This document shows, piece after piece, positions 27,839 to 36,553 of a stretch of DNA of 63,483 bases. The translations under genes and the position numbers were made by a program. Position 1 is the stretch's first letter. Each line of letters opens with the position of its first letter. The DNA comes from an uncultured Porphyromonas sp. GTDB taxonomy: Bacteria > Bacteroidota > Bacteroidia > Bacteroidales > Porphyromonadaceae. The stretch covers positions 1 to 63,483 of the forward strand of contig URDQ01000001.1 of the NCBI GenBank assembly GCA_900546675.1, in the 5' to 3' direction. Under the pieces are notes generated by a model. That model was not told the DNA's origin. It saw only the letters and a program-made list of their open reading frames with translations, and did no database searches.

Positions 27839-28297
27839 ATGTCTCGTCTCTCAGAGAGTCTCAAGGCTAAGGAGCGACTCCTGCTACAAAACTATATCGA
27901 GGAGCAGGGCTTGAACCATAGCCGCACGCGCGAAGCTATCTTAGAGTTGATAGGGGAGCAGATGGGTATCTTCTCCTCAGAGGATCTGATAGCACTCGCT
28001 AAGGAGCGTGAGATGGCTGTCGGAGAGACGACGATCTATACTTGCATAGACCTTTTTATCAAGATTGGGATCTTGCTACCGCTACCTATGGGATTAGCAG
28101 GGTCATTGGTGCGACAGTCACTGTGTCAAAGCAAGGCGCTACTGCTTTGCCGGCACTGTGGCTCCGCACTGCTCTATCGTAGCACTACCGCACTGACAGA
28201 GCTACAGACGGTCACACCACCTCGATACAGTGACGTCACGCCACTACTGATCTACTGGGGTGTCTGCCCTCAGTGCTACCGTCTCGGACGACGATAG
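27839..28297 (+). CDS. Fur-family transcriptional regulator (divergent)
   Basis: GLNHSRTREAILE, helix-turn-helix ETTIY, and CxxC pairs CRHC and CPQC. Confidence 0.75.
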   Translation: MSRLSESLKAKERLLLQNYIEEQGLNHSRTREAILELIGEQMGIFSSEDLIALAKEREMAVGETTIYTCIDLFIKIGILLPLPMGLAGSLVRQSLCQSKALLLCRHCGSALLYRSTTALTELQTVTPPRYSDVTPLLIYWGVCPQCYRLGRR

Positions 28298-28400
28298 CGC
28301 TACACCGCAGCGCAACGTAGTACTATCACGTAGAGAGGTTAAGGCGATCCAGCTGACTTAGCCACACTTGAGCTACGAAGCAAGAGCTTTTTTTCGATCT

Positions 28401-28560
28401 TCACGTGGAGAATCGTAAATCTCCACGTGGGAAAAAGATATTCTCCACGTGGGCGAGAAATGAAACTTCGGAGGAATCAAATGAAACTTCGGAGGAAATG
28501 TTTCGCCCCCACGTGGAGAATATAAAACAGCCACGTGGAGATTTGACATTTTCCACGTGG
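28401..28560 (+). repeat. Family A element: 8 phased units (3x CCACGTGG, 2x CTTCGGAGG, 3x CCACGTGG)
   Basis: Cores at 28402, 28424, 28446, 28467, 28488, 28510, 28532 and 28554. Collinear with 42258-42417 and 63394-63483. Confidence 0.92.
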
Positions 28561-28708
28561 CTGTGAGCGTTTTATACGGAAGCATCAAAAGAGTGTGCTG
28601 GATTAAACGAAAAAGTCCTATCCCCCTCTAAGTTGATATTCTAGAAGAACCCAACTCAGGCATTCTCGCTCTAGAGAGGGGTTAGCTATATACCTTATTA
28701 TATTATAT

Positions 28709-30160
28709 ATGAGACAACAGACACATCTCATCTCTAGGTGGCGCTATATGATGCTACCGTACTTATTTTTGCTTACGCTGACGCTCTCGGCGCAGCAACC
28801 AGATACGCTCGTGCTGACGCTAAACGAGAGCATCGCTCTCGGGCTGGAGCAGAGCCCCGTGGTGCTGGGCAAGGACGTGGCGCTGGTCAACCAAATGTAT
28901 GCTGAGCGAGAGGCGCAGAGTGCCTTGTACCCGCAGCTCTCGCTCTCGGGCAACTATGGCTACACACTCAAGAAGCAGCGCATCTACTTCGACGGGATGC
29001 CTGGTATGGGCGCTATGCCAGGTATGGAAGACGGTATCGAGGTGGGACGTACGCACAACATACAGTTGGGGCTACAAGCTGGTATGCCACTTGTCAATGC
29101 AACGCTCTGGAAGGCGTTGCAGATTAATCGCAAGCAGGTTGACTTAGCATTACAGCAGGCCTCGCAGTCTCGTCAGGAATTGGTCGGGCAGATTAAGAAA
29201 GCGTTTTACACAGTACTCCTCGCACAAGAGTCTTGCGAGACATTGCAGCAAAGCATGCGCAATGCGGAGCTGAACCTAGAGCGGGTCACACAGCGCTATG
29301 AGGCGGGGCTTGTAGCTGAGTACGACAAGATGCGTGCTGAGGTTCAGTACGCAAATATCAAGCCCTCGGTACTGCAGGCGGAGCAGGGAGTGGCTCTCGC
29401 TTATATGCAGTTGGCGGTGCTACTAGGACTAGATCCTCACACAGGTCTGCGACTGGTGGGACACCTCGAGGATTACCAAGCCGAGAGCCAGCAACTCATA
29501 GCGCAAGTACCGACGACCGACTCGCTATGGCTCACGACCAATCCGACCTTGCGAGCACTAGAGCTACAGCAGCAGATAGCTGACGAGAGTATCTCGCTCT
29601 CCAAGCTGAGCTGGGTACCTTCGATCTCGTTGGGAGCAAACTACAATTACAACTTCTCGTCAAACGACTTTGACCTCTCTAAGAGTCGTCTCTGGGTTCC
29701 CTTTTCAGTCGTGAGCCTGCAGTTTCAGTTCCCCATCTTTACAGGGCTGAAGAACTACTACACGACGCGACAAGCTAAGGGACGGGCTTTGCTCCTGAAG
29801 CTACAGCGACAAGATGCTGAGCGGTCACTCACGCTCGGAATGCAGAGCCAGCGAGACCAAGCGCGCAAGGCTCAGGAGCAGTACAGCTCAGCGACACAGA
29901 TACAAGCGACAGCCGAGCGGGGCTACACCATCGCACAGCGTATGTATGACAAGGGCATGGGCACGCTCCTAGAGGTCAATGATGCTGAGCTGGCACTACT
30001 ACAAGCTCGTCTCAACCAGACCCAAGCGCTCTATGACTACCTCATAGCGGGTGTGGAGATAGAGCAGCTCATAGCTCCCGAGACACCGCTCTCCTCCGAA
30101 CCAAGCGATGATTACGAGGAGCGTCTCAACTCGATCAAACGAATGACACGATACTTCTAA
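28709..30160 (+). CDS. TolC-family outer-membrane efflux protein
   Basis: Signal peptide, two OEP repeats (ALYPQLSL…, RYEAGLV…, MYDKGMGTLLEVNDAE). First gene of the RND operon. Confidence 0.93.
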   Translation: MRQQTHLISRWRYMMLPYLFLLTLTLSAQQPDTLVLTLNESIALGLEQSPVVLGKDVALVNQMYAEREAQSALYPQLSLSGNYGYTLKKQRIYFDGMPGMGAMPGMEDGIEVGRTHNIQLGLQAGMPLVNATLWKALQINRKQVDLALQQASQSRQELVGQIKKAFYTVLLAQESCETLQQSMRNAELNLERVTQRYEAGLVAEYDKMRAEVQYANIKPSVLQAEQGVALAYMQLAVLLGLDPHTGLRLVGHLEDYQAESQQLIAQVPTTDSLWLTTNPTLRALELQQQIADESISLSKLSWVPSISLGANYNYNFSSNDFDLSKSRLWVPFSVVSLQFQFPIFTGLKNYYTTRQAKGRALLLKLQRQDAERSLTLGMQSQRDQARKAQEQYSSATQIQATAERGYTIAQRMYDKGMGTLLEVNDAELALLQARLNQTQALYDYLIAGVEIEQLIAPETPLSSEPSDDYEERLNSIKRMTRYF

Positions 30161-30196
30161 CGCCATATATCCTAATTAAGCCAAAAACAATATCCT

Positions 30197-31249
30197 ATGT
30201 TTCTCTCTATACGTACACTTGCTCCGATAGCACTGAGCCTAGCACTCATTTCTCTTACTAGTTGTCAGTCGGCGAGCAAGGAGGGCAAGACGACCTTTTC
30301 GCATACGATCGACTCGACAGACATCAAGCATGTAGAGGTGGCGACCGTCTCGGTGCAGACGCTCCCAGACCTGCAAGAGTACACCAGCACGGTCGAGGCT
30401 AAGGTGACTAATCAAATAGCTCCGCAGATGGCCTCCCGCATCAAGCGCATCTATGTAGAGGTGGGGCAGCAGGTCTCTCGTGGGCAGCTCCTCGCTGAGA
30501 TGGATCACAGCCAGCTGGAGCAGGCGCGTCTGCAGCTCGAGGAGCGCAAGAGCGCACTGGCTCGTATAGACGAGCTCTACAAGATAGGCGGCATCGCACA
30601 GTCGGAGTGGGAGGCGACGCAACGAGCCCTCACATTGGCTCAGACGAGCTACAATAATATAAAGGAGAATACGCAGCTTCGTAGCCCTATCTCAGGGGTG
30701 GTCACAGCGCGCAACTACGATGCGGGCGATATGATGTCGCCGCAGATGCCTCTGCTTGTCGTGGAGCAGATCAACCCAGTGGTGCTACGGATCAATCCCT
30801 CGGAGCGTTACTACGGACAGATGACCAAAGGGATGCCGGTGACGATCACTTCGGAGTCCCTGCCTGATGAGACTTTTGCTGGTAAGATTTCGCTGAAGTA
30901 TCCAACGATCAATCCACAGACCCACACCTTTACGATGGAAGTCGAGGCGACCAATCCTGAGCGCAAGCTAGTGCCAGGACAGTATGCTCGTGTCTCAATC
31001 AATCTAGGCGACAAAGAGTATACGGTGGTCCCCACAGAGAGCATTGTCAAGCAGATAGGCAGCGCTGAGCAGTGTGTCTACATCGTACGAGACGGCATCG
31101 CCCATCGGCAGGTAGTCGTCGTAGAGCGTACCGTCGGTAAGTACACAGCCATCAGCGAAGGAGTCTCCTCAGGCGATGTCGTAGTCACGACTGGAGCCAG
31201 CATCTTGTCCGATCAAATGCCTGTACAGATTAAGCAGGCTCAGCAGTAG
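30197..31249 (+). CDS. RND efflux periplasmic adaptor (membrane fusion lipoprotein)
   Basis: Lipobox LTSC, VEVGQQVSRGQLLA, LRSPISGVV and LVPGQYARV. Confidence 0.95.
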   Translation: MFLSIRTLAPIALSLALISLTSCQSASKEGKTTFSHTIDSTDIKHVEVATVSVQTLPDLQEYTSTVEAKVTNQIAPQMASRIKRIYVEVGQQVSRGQLLAEMDHSQLEQARLQLEERKSALARIDELYKIGGIAQSEWEATQRALTLAQTSYNNIKENTQLRSPISGVVTARNYDAGDMMSPQMPLLVVEQINPVVLRINPSERYYGQMTKGMPVTITSESLPDETFAGKISLKYPTINPQTHTFTMEVEATNPERKLVPGQYARVSINLGDKEYTVVPTESIVKQIGSAEQCVYIVRDGIAHRQVVVVERTVGKYTAISEGVSSGDVVVTTGASILSDQMPVQIKQAQQ

Positions 31250-31283
31250 TCTCTCCCAACACACAGATCCTCGCCTTTAGCTT

Positions 31284-34200
31284 ATGAGTCTTTATCAATC
31301 AGCCGTACGTCGTCCTGTCACCACGATCATGATCTTCGTTGGGGTGGTCGTCTTGGGTCTTTTTGCCTTGACACGCCTGCCGATAGACCTTCTGCCTGAG
31401 ATGCAGATCAATCGGGTTATGATCGTCACCTCCTACTCTGGAGCCGCTCCTGAAGAGGTGGAAAACAACATTACCAAGCCGATCCAAAACGTCCTCAATG
31501 GTATTAACGGAGTCAAGCACATTACCTCGCAAAGCAAGGAGAATGTCTCTGTCGTCACGCTGGAGCTCAGAGAGGGACTGGACATAGAGAATGCGATCAA
31601 CGATACCCGCGACAAGATCAGTGCTATCACGGAGGCGCTCCCCGACGGAGCGGGCACGCCAAACATTATCAAGTTTGGTATGGATGATATGCCGATCTTG
31701 ATGCTCTCGGTCAAGTCGGACGCTAGCTCCAAGTCGCTCTACAAGATCCTGAGCGACCAAGTGGTGACACCGCTAGGACGTATAGACGGCGTGGGCGGTG
31801 TCAATGTACTAGGCGCTAGACAGCGACAAGTCAACGTCTACTGCGACCCGCACAAGCTCGAGACCTACGGCATCACGGTCGGAGATGTGAGCAATCTCAT
31901 TGCGGTGGCAAATCGCAATATCTCTGCTGGGTCGATGAACCTAGAGACGAGCAAGATCTCCCTCAGAGCTATCGGTGAGATCGTCGATCCGAAGCAGCTA
32001 GAGGAGCTACCCGTGACCAGCTTCGGCGGACGAACCATCTATCTGCGAGACGTGGCGAGTGTCGTAGATGGCGACCCTGAGCAGCAGACGCTCTCCTACG
32101 TGGACAACCAGAGGGGCGCTATGCTTATGCTGATGAAGCAGTCGGGTGCCAACACGGTTCAGGTGAATAAGCGTGTCCTCAAGGCGCTCCCGCAGATCGT
32201 GAAGAACCTTCCCTCAGACATCGAGATCGAAGTAATCTTGGATCAGAGCGACTTCATCGTGCGCTCGATCAATAGTCTTAGCTCGACGATTGCCATCACC
32301 TTCTGCGTCGTGATGCTCATCGTGCTGCTCTTCCTAGGCCGTTGGCGCGCCACCTTTATCATCGTTCTGACGATACCGATATCGCTACTCTCCGCCTTCA
32401 TATACCTACTGCTGACGGGCAATACGCTCAACATCATCTCGCTCAGTTCGCTCTCCATAGCCATCGGTATGGTGGTGGACGATGCGATCGTGGTGCTAGA
32501 GAATATCACCAACCACATCGAGCGGGGAAGCTATCCCAAGCAAGCTGCTGTCCATGCGACCAACGAGGTGGCACTCTCAGTCATCGCCTCTACGCTGACG
32601 ATGCTGGCGGTCTTCCTCCCGATGGTGATGATGCAGGGTATGGCGGGACTACTCTTCCGTCAGCTCGGCTGGATCGTCAGTATCGTGATGATCGTCTCGA
32701 CCATCTGTGCACTTGCCCTGACACCTACGCTTTGCGCCCACATGCTACGAGCTAATCGTCAGCGTAAGGAGGGAAAGGTATCCCAAAAGATCCTACGCCC
32801 CTTCAACGACTTCATTCAGCGACTCACGGTGCTTTACCAAAGGACGCTCGCCTGGGTGCTACGACACAAGTGGCTCACGGTAGGCTTGTCCCTAGGCATC
32901 TTCGCACTATCGCTCACGCTCGGCTCGCTAATCAAGACGGAGTTCATGCCACAGGGAGACGGGGGCTATATCTTTGCCAAGGTCAATTACCCCGTAGGCA
33001 CTACCATAAATCGTCCGCTCGCTGAGGGGCATCGCCTCACTGAGGAGTGGCACAAGAAGTACCCCGAGATAGAGATGCTGCAGTTCTCCACGGGTCAGGC
33101 TGATGCTTTTCAGTCTGGCGCCTCGACGTTGGCTCAGGACAATGGCGACAATATTCTTTCTTTCAATATCAAGCTGGTCGATGCCTCCGAGCGAAAGCGT
33201 TCCTCCCAAGAGATCGCTGCCGAGATGCGTCGTGATCTAAGCGCCACACCTGGTATCAAACAGTACAATGTCTCAGCTCAGACAGGTGGCGGGGGACAGC
33301 AAAACAGTGTCAATGTCGATATCTACGGACACGACTTTGCCGTTACCGATCAGATCTCCAAAGCGTTTATGGCGAAGATGAGTAAGTCGCCAGCTTGCGC
33401 TCAGGCGCTGAGCAATCGTGACGAGTTTATGCCTGAGTACCAGGTCATCTTCGACCAGCAGCGTCTCGCCGAGCATGGGCTGACCAATAGTATGGCAGCG
33501 AGCTATCTGCGCAACAGCATCTACGGAGCCACCGCCTCCTTCTATCGTGAGGATGGGCAGGAGTATGAGATCCGTGTGCGCTTGGCGCCTGAGTTCAGAC
33601 GCTCGCTAGACGACGTCGCTCAGACACTCGTACGCACCCCGCAGGGAACGAGCGTACGACTAGGCGAACTGGGCAAGGTCGTGGAGCACTTTGCACCTCC
33701 TGCCATTTACCAGAAAGACCGTTCTCGTGTCGTTACCATTGCGCTTACACCAGCGCCCAAGGCTGCGCTCTCAGACCTCGTCCGCACTGCTCGGAAGGCT
33801 CTTGATGAAATTGATATGCCCGAGGGCGTGAGCTACGAAATCACAGGAGCTTTCGAGCAGCAGCAAGAGGCTTTTGCAGACTTAGGGACGCTCCTGCTGC
33901 TCATCATCTTCCTAGTATTCATCGTGATGGCTGCAGAGTTTGAGAGCTTGGCCTCCCCGTTTGTCATTATGTTTTCCGTACCCTTTGCCTTTACGGGCGT
34001 TATCATTGGTTTGCTCGTGACGGGTGTCCCCTTGAGTATCATTGCCTTCATCGGAGCGATCATGCTCGTCGGTATCGTGGTGAAGAATGGCATCGTCTTG
34101 ATCGACTACACCATACTCAATCGTGAGCGTGGCATGTCCGTACGCACGGCTCTGCTCCATGCGGGAGCGTCGCGTCTGCGACCTGTGCTGATGACGACCC

Positions 34201-34403
34201 TCACGACCGTCTTCGGTATGATCCCGATGGCTATCGGCATCGGAGAGGGTAGCGAGATGTGGCAGCCGATGGGTGTCACGGTAGCCTTCGGTCTGACCAT
34301 CTCGACGCTGGTTACGCTCCTCCTGATCCCTTGTATCTATGCGCTGGTCTCTCGCCGTCAGATACGGCGTCAGCGCAAGAAAAGTCTCAAAACCCACCAC
34401 TAA
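31284..34403 (+). CDS. RND efflux permease (AcrB/HAE1 family)
   Basis: RRPV start, GMVVDDAIVVLEN, GIVVKNGIVL and RLRPVLMT. 1039 aa. Confidence 0.97.
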   Translation: MSLYQSAVRRPVTTIMIFVGVVVLGLFALTRLPIDLLPEMQINRVMIVTSYSGAAPEEVENNITKPIQNVLNGINGVKHITSQSKENVSVVTLELREGLDIENAINDTRDKISAITEALPDGAGTPNIIKFGMDDMPILMLSVKSDASSKSLYKILSDQVVTPLGRIDGVGGVNVLGARQRQVNVYCDPHKLETYGITVGDVSNLIAVANRNISAGSMNLETSKISLRAIGEIVDPKQLEELPVTSFGGRTIYLRDVASVVDGDPEQQTLSYVDNQRGAMLMLMKQSGANTVQVNKRVLKALPQIVKNLPSDIEIEVILDQSDFIVRSINSLSSTIAITFCVVMLIVLLFLGRWRATFIIVLTIPISLLSAFIYLLLTGNTLNIISLSSLSIAIGMVVDDAIVVLENITNHIERGSYPKQAAVHATNEVALSVIASTLTMLAVFLPMVMMQGMAGLLFRQLGWIVSIVMIVSTICALALTPTLCAHMLRANRQRKEGKVSQKILRPFNDFIQRLTVLYQRTLAWVLRHKWLTVGLSLGIFALSLTLGSLIKTEFMPQGDGGYIFAKVNYPVGTTINRPLAEGHRLTEEWHKKYPEIEMLQFSTGQADAFQSGASTLAQDNGDNILSFNIKLVDASERKRSSQEIAAEMRRDLSATPGIKQYNVSAQTGGGGQQNSVNVDIYGHDFAVTDQISKAFMAKMSKSPACAQALSNRDEFMPEYQVIFDQQRLAEHGLTNSMAASYLRNSIYGATASFYREDGQEYEIRVRLAPEFRRSLDDVAQTLVRTPQGTSVRLGELGKVVEHFAPPAIYQKDRSRVVTIALTPAPKAALSDLVRTARKALDEIDMPEGVSYEITGAFEQQQEAFADLGTLLLLIIFLVFIVMAAEFESLASPFVIMFSVPFAFTGVIIGLLVTGVPLSIIAFIGAIMLVGIVVKNGIVLIDYTILNRERGMSVRTALLHAGASRLRPVLMTTLTTVFGMIPMAIGIGEGSEMWQPMGVTVAFGLTISTLVTLLLIPCIYALVSRRQIRRQRKKSLKTHH

Positions 34404-34406
34404 GCT

Positions 34407-34709
34407 ATGAATAGACAAAAGGCAATCTTCATCGTCTACAACAGCGCCCTGCATGGACTCGTCATACGCGCCCTCGAGCAGCACAATGCCAAGGGCTATA
34501 CCGAGTGGAGCGAAGTCCACGGACGTGGCTCCGCAACGGGCGTCCCACATCTCGGGAGCCATGCTTGGCCGACGACCAACGGCGCTATGATGGTTATCAC
34601 GGATGATGAGCGAGCCGAGCGACTCCTCGCAGCTCTTCATCAGATCGACCTAGACAATCCTAAGCAAGGTCTGAGAGCCTTCGCCTGGGAGGTCACCGAT
34701 ATGATCTAA
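34407..34709 (+). CDS. Small PII-like transporter-associated protein (PG0541-like)
   Basis: 100 aa with GYTEW…GRGS…PHLGSHAWP. Starts 3 nt after the RND permease. Confidence 0.8.
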   Translation: MNRQKAIFIVYNSALHGLVIRALEQHNAKGYTEWSEVHGRGSATGVPHLGSHAWPTTNGAMMVITDDERAERLLAALHQIDLDNPKQGLRAFAWEVTDMI

Positions 34710-34732
34710 CGAATAGAGCGCTAGCACAGCAC

Positions 34733-34772
34733 AAAGCGTCAGTCTCGCACGAGCGAGGTTGACGCTTTCTTC
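34733..34772 (+). terminator. Intrinsic terminator of the efflux operon
   Basis: AAAGCGTCAG…TCGC / GCGA…TTGACGCTTT stem followed by CTT. Confidence 0.75.
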
Positions 34773-34815
34773 GTCTTGGTGGGTGTGTGGCTCGGTAGCT
34801 TCCATACGAAATGTA

Positions 34816-34932
34816 AACTTTCCAAAATCGTTCCAGCTTTGGGAAATAAGTTTTCCAAGGGAGGAAAAGAAAGTTTCCAACAGTGGAAAAGTTCCTTTCC
34901 TCTAGGGGAAAGCGCAAACTCCTCCCTTGTGA
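34816..34932. repeat. 22-bp-period palindrome array, family B (second copy, inverted)
   Basis: TTCC at 34831, 34853, 34875 and 34897 (CTCC at 34919) with GG(G/A)A 6 nt later. Begins AACTTTCCAAAAT, the reverse complement of the end of the 147-264 copy. Confidence 0.8.
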
Positions 34933-34972
34933 CGGTTGAGTCCCAGCGGAGGGACGGAAGGTGCGGGGCATA

Positions 34973-35006
34973 GAAAAAGGAGCTTCCCGCAGGGAAAACT
35001 CCTTCT
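34973..35006 (-). terminator. Terminator-like hairpin after the GH3 gene
   Basis: AAGGAG-CTTCCC / GGGAA-AACTCCTT stem with an A-tract on +. Confidence 0.6.
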
Positions 35007-35024
35007 ATCTGACTGATGTTGTGG

Positions 35025-36536
35025 CTATTTGTTGAGCTCGATGAGGCGATCGTTGAGATCGGCGTTGCTCCGTAGGCGGGGTATCTTGTGCTGACCGCCC
35101 AGCTTGCCCTGCTCTTCGAGCCAGTCGTTGAAGAGCCCTCGTCGAGCAACCACCAAATGGGGCATCAAGAGTGCCATATCGGCATAGCGCTTCGCCTCGT
35201 AGTCGCTATTGAGCGTGCGGAGCTCTTGGTCGATGCGCTCGATGAAGTGGTCTGGATCGGCTGGTGGTGTGTCAAACTCTACGACCCACTCGTGATAGCC
35301 ATTGGCCGTCTCGAGGCAGAAGCGCGGTGCCACCGTGTAGTCGCGCACCGTGACGCCCATCTCCTGGGCGACGCGCGAGATGGCTGTGGTCGTGTTGTGG
35401 ACCATCAGCTCCTCGCCGAAGGCATTGATAAAGCTTTGCGTACGCCCCGTGATGATGAACTTGTAGGGGTGCAGCTCGGTGAACATGACCGTGTCGCCGA
35501 TGATGTAGCGGTAGAGCCCTCCGAGGGTGGAGATGACGAGCGCATAGTTGACCCCTTTCTGTACGTCAGCTAGCGGTATAGCTTGGCGGTCAGGTGCGTC
35601 AAACTGAGACATTGGGATGAACTCATAGAAGATGCCGTAGTCCTGCATCAGGAGCATAGAGCTGGAAGTGGGGTCGTCCTGAACGCCAAAGAAGCCTTCG
35701 CTCGCATTGTAGGTCTCACGGTACTGCATCCGCTCGGACGGGATGACTTGGCGGTAGCGCTCACGATACGGATCGAAGCTGATACCCCCGTGAAAGAAGA
35801 CTTCGAGGTTAGGCCACACCTCTGAGAGGTTGTCCCGTCCTGTATACTCTAGGATCGCCATGATGGTCTCGAGCATCCAGCTCGGCACGCCCGAGAGACT
35901 GCCCACATCTGCTGTCGCCACCTCCTGGACGATCTGTCGCATCTTGGCGGTCCATTCGCTCATGAGGAGGGTCTGCTTCGAGGGAACGCGGTACATCTGT
36001 CCTAGGGCGGGCATATTTTCCACCAAGATGGCGGAGAGGTCGCCCGTATGGGTGCCTGCGGCAAACTCGGTCGGCTTGTGGCTCCCCCCGATGACTAAGC
36101 TCTTGTGTCCGAAGAACTCGCTGTCGGGTCGTGTGTCTAGGTAAAGCCAAAGGGCATCTTTGGCACCCTGATAATGGCAACTCTGCAGATGCAATCCAGG
36201 CACGGGAAGGTATTTGCTGCGACCTCCTGAGGTGCCACTGGAGGTGGCGAACCAACGGCAGCTACCTTTGATCAGCTGATTGCGCTCTCCCTGTAGCATA
36301 CGCTCTACCCAGGGGCGTAGCTCTTCGTACTCGACGATGGGGACGATGCGCTGGTAGTCGCTGTAGGTGTGGATAGGCTCGCTTGTGAGGGACTGCTCGT
36401 AGGCGGTGCCATGTAGTACACGCATAATGCGCTTGAACTGGCGCATTTGGATAGCTTCGCTCTGCTTGGCGTACTGCTCGATGCTCTTGAGCCGAAAGTA
36501 CATAAGGCGATAGATGGTTGCGGTCTTTTTGTCCAT
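35025..36536 (-). CDS. GH3 (auxin-responsive-like) acyl-adenylate/amido synthetase family protein
   Basis: ANL-type P-loop TSSGTSGGRSK, YNASEG, GLYRYIIGD and GGQHKIPRL. Confidence 0.92.
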   Translation of the reverse strand: MDKKTATIYRLMYFRLKSIEQYAKQSEAIQMRQFKRIMRVLHGTAYEQSLTSEPIHTYSDYQRIVPIVEYEELRPWVERMLQGERNQLIKGSCRWFATSSGTSGGRSKYLPVPGLHLQSCHYQGAKDALWLYLDTRPDSEFFGHKSLVIGGSHKPTEFAAGTHTGDLSAILVENMPALGQMYRVPSKQTLLMSEWTAKMRQIVQEVATADVGSLSGVPSWMLETIMAILEYTGRDNLSEVWPNLEVFFHGGISFDPYRERYRQVIPSERMQYRETYNASEGFFGVQDDPTSSSMLLMQDYGIFYEFIPMSQFDAPDRQAIPLADVQKGVNYALVISTLGGLYRYIIGDTVMFTELHPYKFIITGRTQSFINAFGEELMVHNTTTAISRVAQEMGVTVRDYTVAPRFCLETANGYHEWVVEFDTPPADPDHFIERIDQELRTLNSDYEAKRYADMALLMPHLVVARRGLFNDWLEEQGKLGGQHKIPRLRSNADLNDRLIELNK

Positions 36537-36553
36537 AAAATTTACAGCTTGAG

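Noticed and set aside
28373..28588. Short ORFs over repeat arrays (also 9665-9862, 17388-17594, 34650-35149 and 42262-42471)
   Set aside because: They are translations of the non-coding repeat families in inconsistent frames and strands, with no coding features.
33912..34640. 242-aa antisense ORF and other shadow ORFs opposite or inside long genes
   Set aside because: Expected by-products of codon bias opposite real genes. No motifs or expression signals.
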